Source: Candidatus Woesearchaeota archaeon (GTDB lineage: Archaea > Nanobdellota > Nanobdellia > Woesearchaeales > JABIAG01). From it: a stretch of 64,000 nt of DNA. The DNA lies in NCBI GenBank assembly GCA_018653365.1, contig JABIAG010000001.1, positions 416,001 through 480,000 on the forward strand, in the 5' to 3' direction. Below, one piece after another: positions 41,322 to 49,911 of the stretch (position 1 is the stretch's first letter; each line of letters opens with the position of its first letter). The notes below the pieces were generated by a model. That model was given only the letters and a program-made list of their open reading frames with translations, had not been told where the DNA came from and ran no database searches. The position numbers were made by a program, and so were the translations under genes.

Positions 41322-42125
41322 ATGGTGGATGGCAGACATATTCAACCCAATACTGTTAGTGATGGGTGGGCCAAAAGATTTGCACGATCTTCCTCTGGAT
41401 CTTATAAAATAAAACCGCATGTTGATTATGAAAAAATTGCATTAAGTGTGGTTAAAAAAGTGGGTGATTTAACTTCTGGAATGTTTTTAGTGAATGGATT
41501 ATTGGGTAGAACGGGAATAGAGCTGATTGCACTAACTGATTTTGAACCTAACACTTTGAAATCAATATATGGTTTGTTGAAAGCACATCCTCCCACGGTA
41601 CAAATGGCATATGCACAAAAACAAAAACTTGATAATGTTTGGTTAAATTTCAAACAGGATGAACTGCCAGTAACCTTAACAATGATTAACCAGAGAGCAA
41701 TAGATGCATTAAAAGGATTGAATCTTGATAATACAGGATATGTGAGATGTATGGAAACACATGTTGGCGGACAGACAGTAAAAGAAAGAGAGTTATTGCG
41801 AAATTTACGTGGAGGAAAGAGAGAGTGTGTATTTCCCTGCAAACAAGTTCAGGGAGAACTCCATTGCGGACATGGAGTTGCACATTTTGAGGATGGAGAG
41901 GTATATGTTGGACAACCATTGTTGCCTTTCTTATTAGGACCTGAAACTTTGGTGGAAGGAATATTGACTGATGCAGGAGATGAAATAAGAAACAATTTAA
42001 GAACGGCATTAAGAAAAACCTATGGTGAAAGTTCTGATAGAGTATCTTTAGTAAACGCACTTCCACGAATGACTCAATCACGATTAAACGCTTCTACAAG
42101 AAAATATCTGACTGAGTTTTTCTAA
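41322..42125 (+). CDS. Hypothetical protein
   Basis: 267-aa ORF with upstream TATA; no recognised family. Confidence 0.6.
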   Translation: MVDGRHIQPNTVSDGWAKRFARSSSGSYKIKPHVDYEKIALSVVKKVGDLTSGMFLVNGLLGRTGIELIALTDFEPNTLKSIYGLLKAHPPTVQMAYAQKQKLDNVWLNFKQDELPVTLTMINQRAIDALKGLNLDNTGYVRCMETHVGGQTVKERELLRNLRGGKRECVFPCKQVQGELHCGHGVAHFEDGEVYVGQPLLPFLLGPETLVEGILTDAGDEIRNNLRTALRKTYGESSDRVSLVNALPRMTQSRLNASTRKYLTEFF

Positions 42126-42174
42126 TTATGAAAAGTTTTCAATAAATCCGCAGGATTTTCGAAAAAGTGTCATT

Positions 42175-42214
42175 AAAATTTATTAACGTTCATAACCTTT
42201 AATTGCTATGAACG
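42175..42214 (+). promoter_or_regulatory. TATA box plus 8-bp inverted repeat covering the endonuclease start codon
   Basis: TTTATTAA at 42179-42186; CGTTCATA (42187-42194) is the exact reverse complement of TATGAACG (42207-42214). Confidence 0.55.
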
Positions 42215-42834
42215 CTAAAAATTTTTATTCACCTTATTTGGCAGAAATTCTTGGATTGTTGTGTGCTGAAGGCCATCACGCAATAGCTTATTCAAGTTAT
42301 TGGAGTCTTGATCGCGGTAAACCTCGTTTTCGTAAAAACAAAAGGTCAGAAAGAATCGAGATTTATAGTAAAGATATAAAACTTTTAAACCATTTTGCGT
42401 TTCTTGTAAAAAAACAGTTTGGTTATTTTCCAAACATAACTAAAGATAATAAAATATGTATTGCTAGAAAACAGGTTATGCGTGAGATAATTTCGCAAAC
42501 AGAGCTTGGTGTATTAAATTGGACAGTTCCCGGTTTTGTTTTCACGAGTAATAAAAAAACAAAATATGCTTTTATTAGAGGTTATTTAGATGGGGATGGC
42601 ACGGTAATAAATAATGTTCGTTTTTTCTCTTGTAATAAACCAGGTTTATTAGCAGTTCAAATATTGTTATTTTCTGTGGGTTTTAAAACAACTTTACAGG
42701 GTCCCATCATTAAACCTAAAAGGAAACCTGCTTATGTTCTTCAATTAACCAGAAAACAAAAAGAAACCTTTTTAAAGATAATAAAACCGATTAGTAAATG
42801 TGCGGGTGCTGTGCATCCAGCTATGCGGGGGTAA
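42208..42834 (+). mobile_element. Free-standing two-motif LAGLIDADG homing endonuclease gene overlapping the 5' end of tRNA-Leu
   Basis: Motifs LAEILGLLCAEGH and FIRGYLDGDGTV; no intein splicing blocks; stop codon at 42832-42834 lies inside the tRNA. Confidence 0.88.
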
Positions 42835-42953
42835 TTAAAATCTCTAGAGCAAAGTCTGGTTAAATGCGCAGGACTTAAGAATGCGACACTCAATACTGAG
42901 TTGAGATATCCTGTCGCTTAGTGCGTTCGTGAGTTCAAATCTCATCCCCCGCA
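42825..42953 (+). tRNA. tRNA-Leu(TAA) with two introns: 42833-42847 (15 nt, position 8/9) and 42880-42907 (28 nt, canonical 37/38)
   Basis: Acceptor GCGGGGG/CCCCCGC+A; D arm GCA..TGC; anticodon stem CAGGA/TCCTG with TAA at 42876-42878; long variable arm; T arm GTGAG-TTCAAAT-CTCAT. Both insertions fit bulge-helix-bulge geometry. Confidence 0.9.
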
Positions 42954-42986
42954 TTTATTTATTTTTTTAATAAGAATCAAATAAAG

Positions 42987-43712
42987 TTATCTTCTGTTAA
43001 CTCTTCGCTTACATCGATCATACCGTAACCCAAAATATGTATTAAATTCGTTAGCAGGCAATAAACTAACTTGTTGCTGTTTATATCTAGCATTTGGATA
43101 AAACCTACTGACTAATTCCTTTTTGACCTCAACCCTACTTCTTCCCAGTGTTAATGTTGGACAAATTTGAAGTGCTTTACATGCATCTAAAAATACTCTT
43201 GCTTTTCTGAAAGAATCACAATCAGCATAACTCCAGGGCGTATCAAGACGAAATTTATTTCTTACGTCCCTTTCAGGCATAACCTCTCCTGCTTTGTAAA
43301 CTCTAAATCTAAGCATTGCAGGGAGAAATTCTGTTTCAACAACATTCATCTCTCTGGGTTTTAGGCCTGTTTTTAATTTTTGAAGGGCAGTTTTGAAGAC
43401 ATCATCTGTGTGATCTGTGAGTTCGGTGCGATATTCATAAGAGAATCCTTCAAATTCAATTGAAATTGTATGATACTGTTGCTTGACTGTTGAAATACGG
43501 ACAAGACCTGTTAATGGTTCAAGACCGATCTTTGATCTAACTATGTTGTCTAAGAAGTGGGGGAATTCCTGCTTGCGACGTTCGGCCAATTTTTTACTGG
43601 CTAAAATTTCAGCTTGGTATTTAGTAAAATATTCGCGATCAGCAGGACTCATAGCAGCAAGCCTGTCTTCTTCATAATCTTGCCATGCACTTTCAAGTTC
43701 CTCGGGAGTCAT
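42987..43712 (-). CDS. Hypothetical protein
   Basis: 241-aa ORF; no recognised motif. Confidence 0.6.
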   Translation of the reverse strand: MTPEELESAWQDYEEDRLAAMSPADREYFTKYQAEILASKKLAERRKQEFPHFLDNIVRSKIGLEPLTGLVRISTVKQQYHTISIEFEGFSYEYRTELTDHTDDVFKTALQKLKTGLKPREMNVVETEFLPAMLRFRVYKAGEVMPERDVRNKFRLDTPWSYADCDSFRKARVFLDACKALQICPTLTLGRSRVEVKKELVSRFYPNARYKQQQVSLLPANEFNTYFGLRYDRCKRRVNRR

Positions 43713-43746
43713 TTAATTATTGAGTAATACGTTTTGGTTTAAAAAA

Positions 43747-45375
43747 CTAATCTTCAAACCCAAACAATGCCGCACCTAATGCACCCACTAATTCGGGATG
43801 TTTAGGTATGAAAAACTTAGCATTAAACCGCTTGGATAATTCTTTAGTTACTCCAATATTTCTGGCAACTCCCCCAGTCATCATAAACTCTTTCTCTGGA
43901 TTAACTCTGCCTGCTAACGAAACAATTCGTGAAGATATGGCCTTACACAAACCTTGAATAATATCTTCCTTGTTCTTGTTTTGAGCAATTAGTGAGATTA
44001 CTTCAGATTCAGCAAAAACACTACACATACTGCTAATCGTAATATCCTCTTTTGATTTCAGAGCAAGTTTACCAAAATCATCAATGGGTGTTTCTAAAGT
44101 TTTAGCGGATACCTCTAAAAACCTACCTGTACCCGCGGCACACTTATCATTCATAGCAAAATTAACAACCTTGCCTGTTTCATCAATATGGATAGCTTTA
44201 CTATCTTGACCACCAACATCAATAATAGTTCGAATTTTTTTATTAAGAAAATTAGCACCCTTAGCATGACAGCTAATTTCAGTAACTTTCTTGTCAGCAA
44301 ATTCAATAGCGTCCCTACCATAACCCGTAGCAACAATTGTGCTAATGCTTTCTTTAGTTAGGTTAGCTTTCTTTAAAACCTCAGTAAGGGCTAGATTAGC
44401 ACTATCTCTACTTTTAGCACCAGTTTTAACACTGACTGAAGAGACTAACTTTTTGTTCTTATCTAAAATAACAATGTTGGTTGAAGTAGAACCTGAATCA
44501 ATTCCTAATGTAAATTCTTTTTCTTTAGTTATCATTTTAGTCTCTCCATTTAATGATTCCATGAATGCATGGAGTCGAGTTTTTAATTGTCCCTCGCTTT
44601 TTTCAGTATAATCCGTCTCAATCTTTAAAATAGGTTTTTTAATATTTTTTATCTTCATATATTCAAAATTATAAAAATCACAAAACTTAACCGTGTGATA
44701 AATTACGCCATCAATTAATTCTTGGTTCTTTTCTAGGGACTCATATCTCTTGCTAACATCGGCCATCCTTAAACAAGGAAACGAATTAAACAATTGAGCA
44801 ACATACCATTCAAACACTTTAGTTTTTGGAGGATTACTAAACTCAGAATGGTCTCCAGTACAGGTAAAGTTAAACATGACATTACACTCTTTTTCAATCA
44901 TCTTAATTAAAGAATCATTAGCTCTAGCACCTAACAAGGCTATATTGATCTTGCCTTTTGTGATCGTTTTTGTTTCTTTCTTGTTTAATATTCTGGCTAG
45001 TTCATTAACACTAAACCGTTTTTTAGAATATTTTTCATAAGCTTTAATGAACTTTAAGATTTCATCTTTGAACAGATCTACAGAACATTGATTATGTTTG
45101 TTAGGGAGGTCAATTAAATGAATAAACTTAAGTTTATCTTTTAAGATATCATACAATCTTCTAATACTATCACAACAATTAACTAATACTAATTCTTTAA
45201 CCTTGTTAGCAAGGCAGTATTCCAAAACTGCTTTGGCATAAAAACAAACATTGGTGTGCATTAATGCATCTGCATTATCAAAAGCAGAAACAGAGGGATC
45301 TAGTTTAATGGCTTTAGTTCTAAACGATTCAATGATTTCAACAGGGGTGTACTTACAAATATAATAAAGGGTCAT
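43747..45375 (-). CDS. 2-hydroxyacyl-CoA dehydratase subunit fused to a CoA-substrate-specific activase (BadF/BcrA-D ASKHA ATPase, [4Fe-4S])
   Basis: N-terminal CKYTPVE, NCCDSIRR, KFCDFY, IETDY...GQLKTRL.AF. C-terminal GIDSGSTS, ATGYGR, EISCHA, DVGGQDSK, MNDKCAAGTGRF, SSMCSVFAESEV. Confidence 0.9.
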   Translation of the reverse strand: MTLYYICKYTPVEIIESFRTKAIKLDPSVSAFDNADALMHTNVCFYAKAVLEYCLANKVKELVLVNCCDSIRRLYDILKDKLKFIHLIDLPNKHNQCSVDLFKDEILKFIKAYEKYSKKRFSVNELARILNKKETKTITKGKINIALLGARANDSLIKMIEKECNVMFNFTCTGDHSEFSNPPKTKVFEWYVAQLFNSFPCLRMADVSKRYESLEKNQELIDGVIYHTVKFCDFYNFEYMKIKNIKKPILKIETDYTEKSEGQLKTRLHAFMESLNGETKMITKEKEFTLGIDSGSTSTNIVILDKNKKLVSSVSVKTGAKSRDSANLALTEVLKKANLTKESISTIVATGYGRDAIEFADKKVTEISCHAKGANFLNKKIRTIIDVGGQDSKAIHIDETGKVVNFAMNDKCAAGTGRFLEVSAKTLETPIDDFGKLALKSKEDITISSMCSVFAESEVISLIAQNKNKEDIIQGLCKAISSRIVSLAGRVNPEKEFMMTGGVARNIGVTKELSKRFNAKFFIPKHPELVGALGAALFGFED

Positions 45376-46622
45376 TTTAACATCTCCAAAAACGCTTCTA
45401 CTCGAGTTTTTAGTTGGTGAGATTGGGTGTTTCTTCTATCCGCACCATCACCATCAATTGATAAAAATTTAATGTTATTTTTTTCTAGGGAATCTCTAAG
45501 TAAGCTAATTCCCCCCATGGATTGTTTACAACCCCAATGACAAAAATTAATTAGGGCATCAGCATTAAGATATTTAGACAGGGTAGTAATAGTTTTAACT
45601 CTGCGTTCATAATCTCCATTAAACATATTTAAAAGCATTTTTTTAGCTAATGAATTTAAGGGGTTTTCAACATCTAATTCATCTAAATAATCATAAGTAA
45701 AATCATCAACTAATAATTGGTGTTCTTCATTTAAGTTGAAAAATTCTTTGAGATCTTTTTGATAATAAGGAAGAACATGACTCCACATAATCCTTTTACC
45801 TGTAGACTCAGGAAAAGATTTAATGTCTTCAGCCATCATTTTGTAAAACTTTAAGGTTTCTTTTTTACCAATAAACGCGTGAGAAATCATAAATTTAAAC
45901 ATTTCTGCAGTAAGTGTATTTGGAAAGTATTTAGTTTTAAGCTCTTTCAAAAATAATTTAAAATATTTTTTAGACTCATTTTCTATTTGAAGAACATCTT
46001 TTAATTTAGATAAGTCTAATTTTTTATTTGTACTTTTCTCAAGTAAAGCTATGAACTCTTTAAGTTGACTAACAACATATTCTTCATTCTTTCTTGAATA
46101 TTCATGAGGTAAATCAAACACATATAATGGAAGGTTATATTTTTCTGCAGTATGTCTAAAACTACTAATGTTAGCATCACAAATCGCAGAGGTTGTTGCC
46201 GCCAATAATGGTTTGGGTAAAATTTCTTTTTCTATTGCACCTAAAAACGCTTTATGATAACTACATAATGTTTCAGAAACTCCTGTTTTTTCAGCATGAT
46301 CAATGTAATGATCTTCAATTTGAAATCCTCCCAAAAAAGAAGAAAATCCCTCAACAAATAAGGGATGCAAGTCTAGAGCATGTAATATTTCAACAGGAGC
46401 TAATAAATTAACAAAAACGGTTCGAGAGGGATCACTTAAAGATTTCAAAATAAATTTAGTTCCAATATATTGTAAGTACTGTAATGACTTAGGAATTTTT
46501 TTATCAGGAAACTTCTTTAGCTTAAAACATTGAAGCTTTAATCCTGTTTTAATCATACTCAAAACCTTTTCTGGGTTTTGCTTCTTTTTAATGCTATTAG
46601 CATATGATTTTGCGAGGTCCAT
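45372..46622 (-). CDS. 2-hydroxyacyl-CoA dehydratase family subunit (HgdA/B-like)
   Basis: LCSYHK, ICDAN, FCHWGCKQ, IDGD...QLKTRVEAFLEML; 4-nt overlap with the activase fusion gene. Confidence 0.88.
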   Translation of the reverse strand: MDLAKSYANSIKKKQNPEKVLSMIKTGLKLQCFKLKKFPDKKIPKSLQYLQYIGTKFILKSLSDPSRTVFVNLLAPVEILHALDLHPLFVEGFSSFLGGFQIEDHYIDHAEKTGVSETLCSYHKAFLGAIEKEILPKPLLAATTSAICDANISSFRHTAEKYNLPLYVFDLPHEYSRKNEEYVVSQLKEFIALLEKSTNKKLDLSKLKDVLQIENESKKYFKLFLKELKTKYFPNTLTAEMFKFMISHAFIGKKETLKFYKMMAEDIKSFPESTGKRIMWSHVLPYYQKDLKEFFNLNEEHQLLVDDFTYDYLDELDVENPLNSLAKKMLLNMFNGDYERRVKTITTLSKYLNADALINFCHWGCKQSMGGISLLRDSLEKNNIKFLSIDGDGADRRNTQSHQLKTRVEAFLEMLK

Positions 46623-46702
46623 AAACCCTGGGTGAATTAATCAATTATAAAGATATCGATATTATTGATATTAATAGTTTTATAAGCCGATTTAAGTTCT
46701 AG

Positions 46703-47026
46703 GTGAGCATGGGCAGAAATACAGAATCTTGGGAAGTAGCAGCATTAAAACCTCGACCAATGAAAGGAAAAGATTTTAGACCTGCAAAACTTGAAGAACT
46801 AAAAGAAATGTTGGGAGCTTGTAATTTTGAATTAGATTGGCAAACTGGAATAGATCATTTAGTTGCTCGTGTTTGGCATGTAAGACAGATGAACCTAGTA
46901 AAACCGCAACACGTATGGTTTTTTTACAACAGACCCACAAATAAAATGCACATGTACATTATAAACAATTCCGCAGTTGGTAGAGATCAGGTTTATACCT
47001 CTCCTGATCTAGAATCTAGTGCATAA
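46703..47026 (+). CDS. Hypothetical protein
   Basis: About 105-aa ORF with upstream TATA. Confidence 0.5.
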   Translation: MSMGRNTESWEVAALKPRPMKGKDFRPAKLEELKEMLGACNFELDWQTGIDHLVARVWHVRQMNLVKPQHVWFFYNRPTNKMHMYIINNSAVGRDQVYTSPDLESSA

Positions 47027-47058
47027 ACGTTATAAAATAAAATGAATTCTTCTTAAAT

Positions 47059-47376
47059 ATGGCAGACGATCAAGACTGGGATGTTGTGCGTGAAAGACTA
47101 GCTGAACAAATAGAACGGAATGAAAACCCTGATTCTGAATTGGAAGACATGTTTAAACCACCCGTAGAAACAAGAGAACAAGTTTACGCTCTTATTTGCA
47201 GAATAAACGAAGAAATGCAAAGATTTGGCCCTAAAAGAAGATTGAAAGAATTAGAAAAACAACACGGGCCTTTTTCACAAGAACATGTTCTTCCTGACGT
47301 AAAATATGTCGTCCACAAACCTAGTGCTAGATTGTTAATGTTTGCAAATGGGAGTTTGTATACTGGAAGACGGTAG
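47059..47376 (+). CDS. Hypothetical protein
   Basis: 105-aa ORF with upstream TTATAAAA. Confidence 0.5.
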   Translation: MADDQDWDVVRERLAEQIERNENPDSELEDMFKPPVETREQVYALICRINEEMQRFGPKRRLKELEKQHGPFSQEHVLPDVKYVVHKPSARLLMFANGSLYTGRR

Positions 47377-47390
47377 AAAAGTTTTTAAAT
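47376..47390 (+). promoter_or_regulatory. Archaeal BRE/TATA promoter of tRNA-Thr
   Basis: GAAAAGTTTTTAAAT about 26-38 nt upstream of the tRNA; the same motif precedes tRNA-Val. Confidence 0.7.
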
Positions 47391-47414
47391 GTAACATAAG
47401 TTCTTTTTTCTTAT

Positions 47415-47486
47415 GCCTCCGTGGCTTAGTGGTATAGCGTTGCATTGGTAATGCAGAGGTCCCGAGTTCAAGTCTCGGCGGAGGCC
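47415..47486 (+). tRNA. tRNA-Thr(GGT), no intron
   Basis: Acceptor GCCTCCG/CGGAGGC; anticodon arm TTGCA-TTGGTAA-TGCAG; T arm CCGAG-TTCAAGT-CTCGG; AAAAGTTTTTAAA promoter about 30 nt upstream. Confidence 0.95.
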
Positions 47487-47573
47487 TATTTATTCTTTTA
47501 ATTAGAAGCTCGTTGATGATCTAAAACTCTTTGTTCGATAACCTTTTTAAATATTCATTAGTTAGTGGGCTTA

Positions 47574-48806
47574 ATGAGATATGGGCTTGATTTTGGAACT
47601 TCAAATTCATCAATGTCGTTTAATGATGGGGAAGAAGTAGTTATGATTCCTTTAGAATCTTCAGGCGAAAGATTAACCCTTCCAAGTGCATGGTTTTTTG
47701 ATGATGAACAGAAAATTTGTCATATTGGCAGGTCTGCAATTCGAAAACTTGGATCTGGAACTCGTGGCAGATATATGCAGTCAATTAAACGATTTATTGG
47801 AGATAAATCTATTGAAGGTACTAATGTAAATGGAAAATTTATGACGTTTAAAGATATTATTGGTGCACTTATTTCTGATGTTAAACATACTGCGGATCAA
47901 TTTGTTGGACAAGATGTGAGATCAGTAAGAATTGGTATGCCCTTCAAATTTTCTTCTTCTGGTTCAAATGAATTGGCTCTGGAAAGGATTGCAGGAGCTG
48001 CACATGACGCAGGTTTTGAAGAAGTTGATTTCATGTTAGAACCTTTGGCAGCAACATATGCATTAAAGAGTTCAGTTACTTCAAGATCAAAAGTTTTAAC
48101 TTTGGATATTGGTGGTGGGACTACTGATCTGTCAGTAGTTGAATTGTACCCTGAAGGCCAGAACGAAGATAGAGTCTTATATTCTTCCGGAGTGGTTGTG
48201 GGGGGAGATGACTTTACAAGTGAAATAATGCGTAATAAGTTATTGCACTATTTTGGTTATGGTTCTATGATTAAAACAGGGCCTGAAACTTTAATCCCTT
48301 TTCCTTCAAATTTGATTACTGGAATCACTCATTGGTATAGTGCTTTAAGATTGGCAAGAGATAAAACTTTTAGGAACTCTTTGAGCTCAGTTAAACATAT
48401 GGCTGTTGATAAAGAAAAAATCGAAGCCTTGGAGGCGATAATTTATGGTAAGCAGGGGGTAAAACTATTTGAAGCAGTAGAAATTGCAAAAAAAGAATTA
48501 TCTGATGACCCTGATACTGCAATATTATTTTCTTTTGAACAAGTAGATATTTATGAAATTTTACGTAGAACTGAATTTGAACAATTTATTTCACCACACG
48601 TTGATAAAATAAATGACGCAATCCTTGATGTTAAGAGACAAACAGGCATTGATGATGTTGATTATGTGATGTTGGTTGGTGGATCTTCTCAAATTCCTCT
48701 TTTTAGACGAGTACTAAATTCTCATTTTTCTTCTGCGGAGTTGGTTGAAAATAATCAAGTTACTTCAGTTGCATATGGTTTAAGTCATGCAGAATATCAA
48801 GTTTAA
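47574..48806 (+). CDS. Hsp70-family ATPase lacking the substrate-binding domain (YegD-like)
   Basis: GLDFGTSNS, SIKRF, LEPLAA, DIGGGTTD, GGDDF, VEIAKKELS, LVGGSSQIP; the protein ends right after the ATPase domain. Confidence 0.88.
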   Translation: MRYGLDFGTSNSSMSFNDGEEVVMIPLESSGERLTLPSAWFFDDEQKICHIGRSAIRKLGSGTRGRYMQSIKRFIGDKSIEGTNVNGKFMTFKDIIGALISDVKHTADQFVGQDVRSVRIGMPFKFSSSGSNELALERIAGAAHDAGFEEVDFMLEPLAATYALKSSVTSRSKVLTLDIGGGTTDLSVVELYPEGQNEDRVLYSSGVVVGGDDFTSEIMRNKLLHYFGYGSMIKTGPETLIPFPSNLITGITHWYSALRLARDKTFRNSLSSVKHMAVDKEKIEALEAIIYGKQGVKLFEAVEIAKKELSDDPDTAILFSFEQVDIYEILRRTEFEQFISPHVDKINDAILDVKRQTGIDDVDYVMLVGGSSQIPLFRRVLNSHFSSAELVENNQVTSVAYGLSHAEYQV

Positions 48807-48825
48807 TGTGAGAACTTGTTTGTTT

Positions 48826-49434
48826 TTAATTGTATTGTTGGCCTGTTCTAGAGCTTAAATGCGATAAACATAATTGTAATACGTCTTCTTTTCCTAAATA
48901 TGAGGTATCTATTAAAACGGGATTAAATGGTTCTGCCATACGTAACAAATTTGATTCTAATGCTGAATCCTCAAGTGTTTTTAAGTCTACCCTTGAAGTA
49001 TCTGTTTTAGTTTCTAGTCTTGCTCTCTTAACCTCAGACGATGCTTGAAGAAGAAACATAAGGTCTGGGATTACTATTTTATGTTTACCCATTTCTCTCA
49101 TAAATGCTTGATAACCTTGGTTAGATCGATATGTTCTTGTGTAAGCCACTTTTGAAGGAGCATATCTATCAAAAACTATAACTTTGCCTGCCTCTGCTTC
49201 CATAGAATGTCTTATTGTATAAACTAAATCATCCAAAAAAAGTAAGTCTTCATCTAATGAACTTACCTTGCCCATTTGGGCAATAATTTGAGCTCTATTA
49301 GCTACGGAAGGGATTAATTTAACATAAGTACTTGCAATACCGTTGCTTTGTAATCTGCTTACAATTCCTTTTGCAAGGACTGTTTTTCCAGTACAAGTAT
49401 TACCTTCTATGCCAATTGTGATAGTTTCATTCAT
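48826..49434 (-). CDS. Thymidylate-kinase-like nucleoside monophosphate kinase
   Basis: IEGNTCTGKT P-loop, FDRY..S..AY, PDL.FLL. Confidence 0.8.
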   Translation of the reverse strand: MNETITIGIEGNTCTGKTVLAKGIVSRLQSNGIASTYVKLIPSVANRAQIIAQMGKVSSLDEDLLFLDDLVYTIRHSMEAEAGKVIVFDRYAPSKVAYTRTYRSNQGYQAFMREMGKHKIVIPDLMFLLQASSEVKRARLETKTDTSRVDLKTLEDSALESNLLRMAEPFNPVLIDTSYLGKEDVLQLCLSHLSSRTGQQYN

Positions 49435-49492
49435 GGGGAAATTAAGAATCGAACTTGTTTATATAAATCTTCTTAAATAACTTAGAAATTTG

Positions 49493-49906
49493 TTAACATA
49501 AAGACTTTTTTATGTCTAGTGCTGCAGTTATTTCCTTCTTTAACCATTCGGGAAAGTCTTCTTTTAAAATTTGTTCAGGATCTATCCACTTAAATTCAGT
49601 GTGTTCTTCACTCAATGTTTCAATTCCACTTAAAAATTTACAATAGAAAGTAACACCCACCAATTGAAACTCTTTTTCTTTTTTAATTAATGTCCAACAA
49701 TGTGATGGTTTAATAATTTCTATTTCAATGCCAGTTTCTTCTTTGACTTCTCGTCTTAAAGCATCTTCGGGCGTTTCACCAAACTCCAATCTCCCACCTG
49801 GGATGTCAACAGTGTTAGGATTGATATCTTCTTTATCACTTTTAGTAATTAAAAGAACTTTTTCTTCTTTAAAAATTATAGCTTTTGTTGCAAATCCGAT
49901 TTCCAT
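49493..49906 (-). CDS. NUDIX hydrolase
   Basis: Nudix box PGGRLEFGETPEDALRREVKEETGI. Confidence 0.93.
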   Translation of the reverse strand: MEIGFATKAIIFKEEKVLLITKSDKEDINPNTVDIPGGRLEFGETPEDALRREVKEETGIEIEIIKPSHCWTLIKKEKEFQLVGVTFYCKFLSGIETLSEEHTEFKWIDPEQILKEDFPEWLKKEITAALDIKKSLC

Positions 49907-49911
49907 TTTTA

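Noticed and set aside
42799-42824. TGTGCGGGTG resembles the tRNA 5' end (TATGCGGGGG), suggesting a third intron or a target-site duplication
   Set aside because: I tested splice registers 2/3 to 5/6 and none gives a clean BHB with flanking helices. An 8/10 match is too short to call a duplication.
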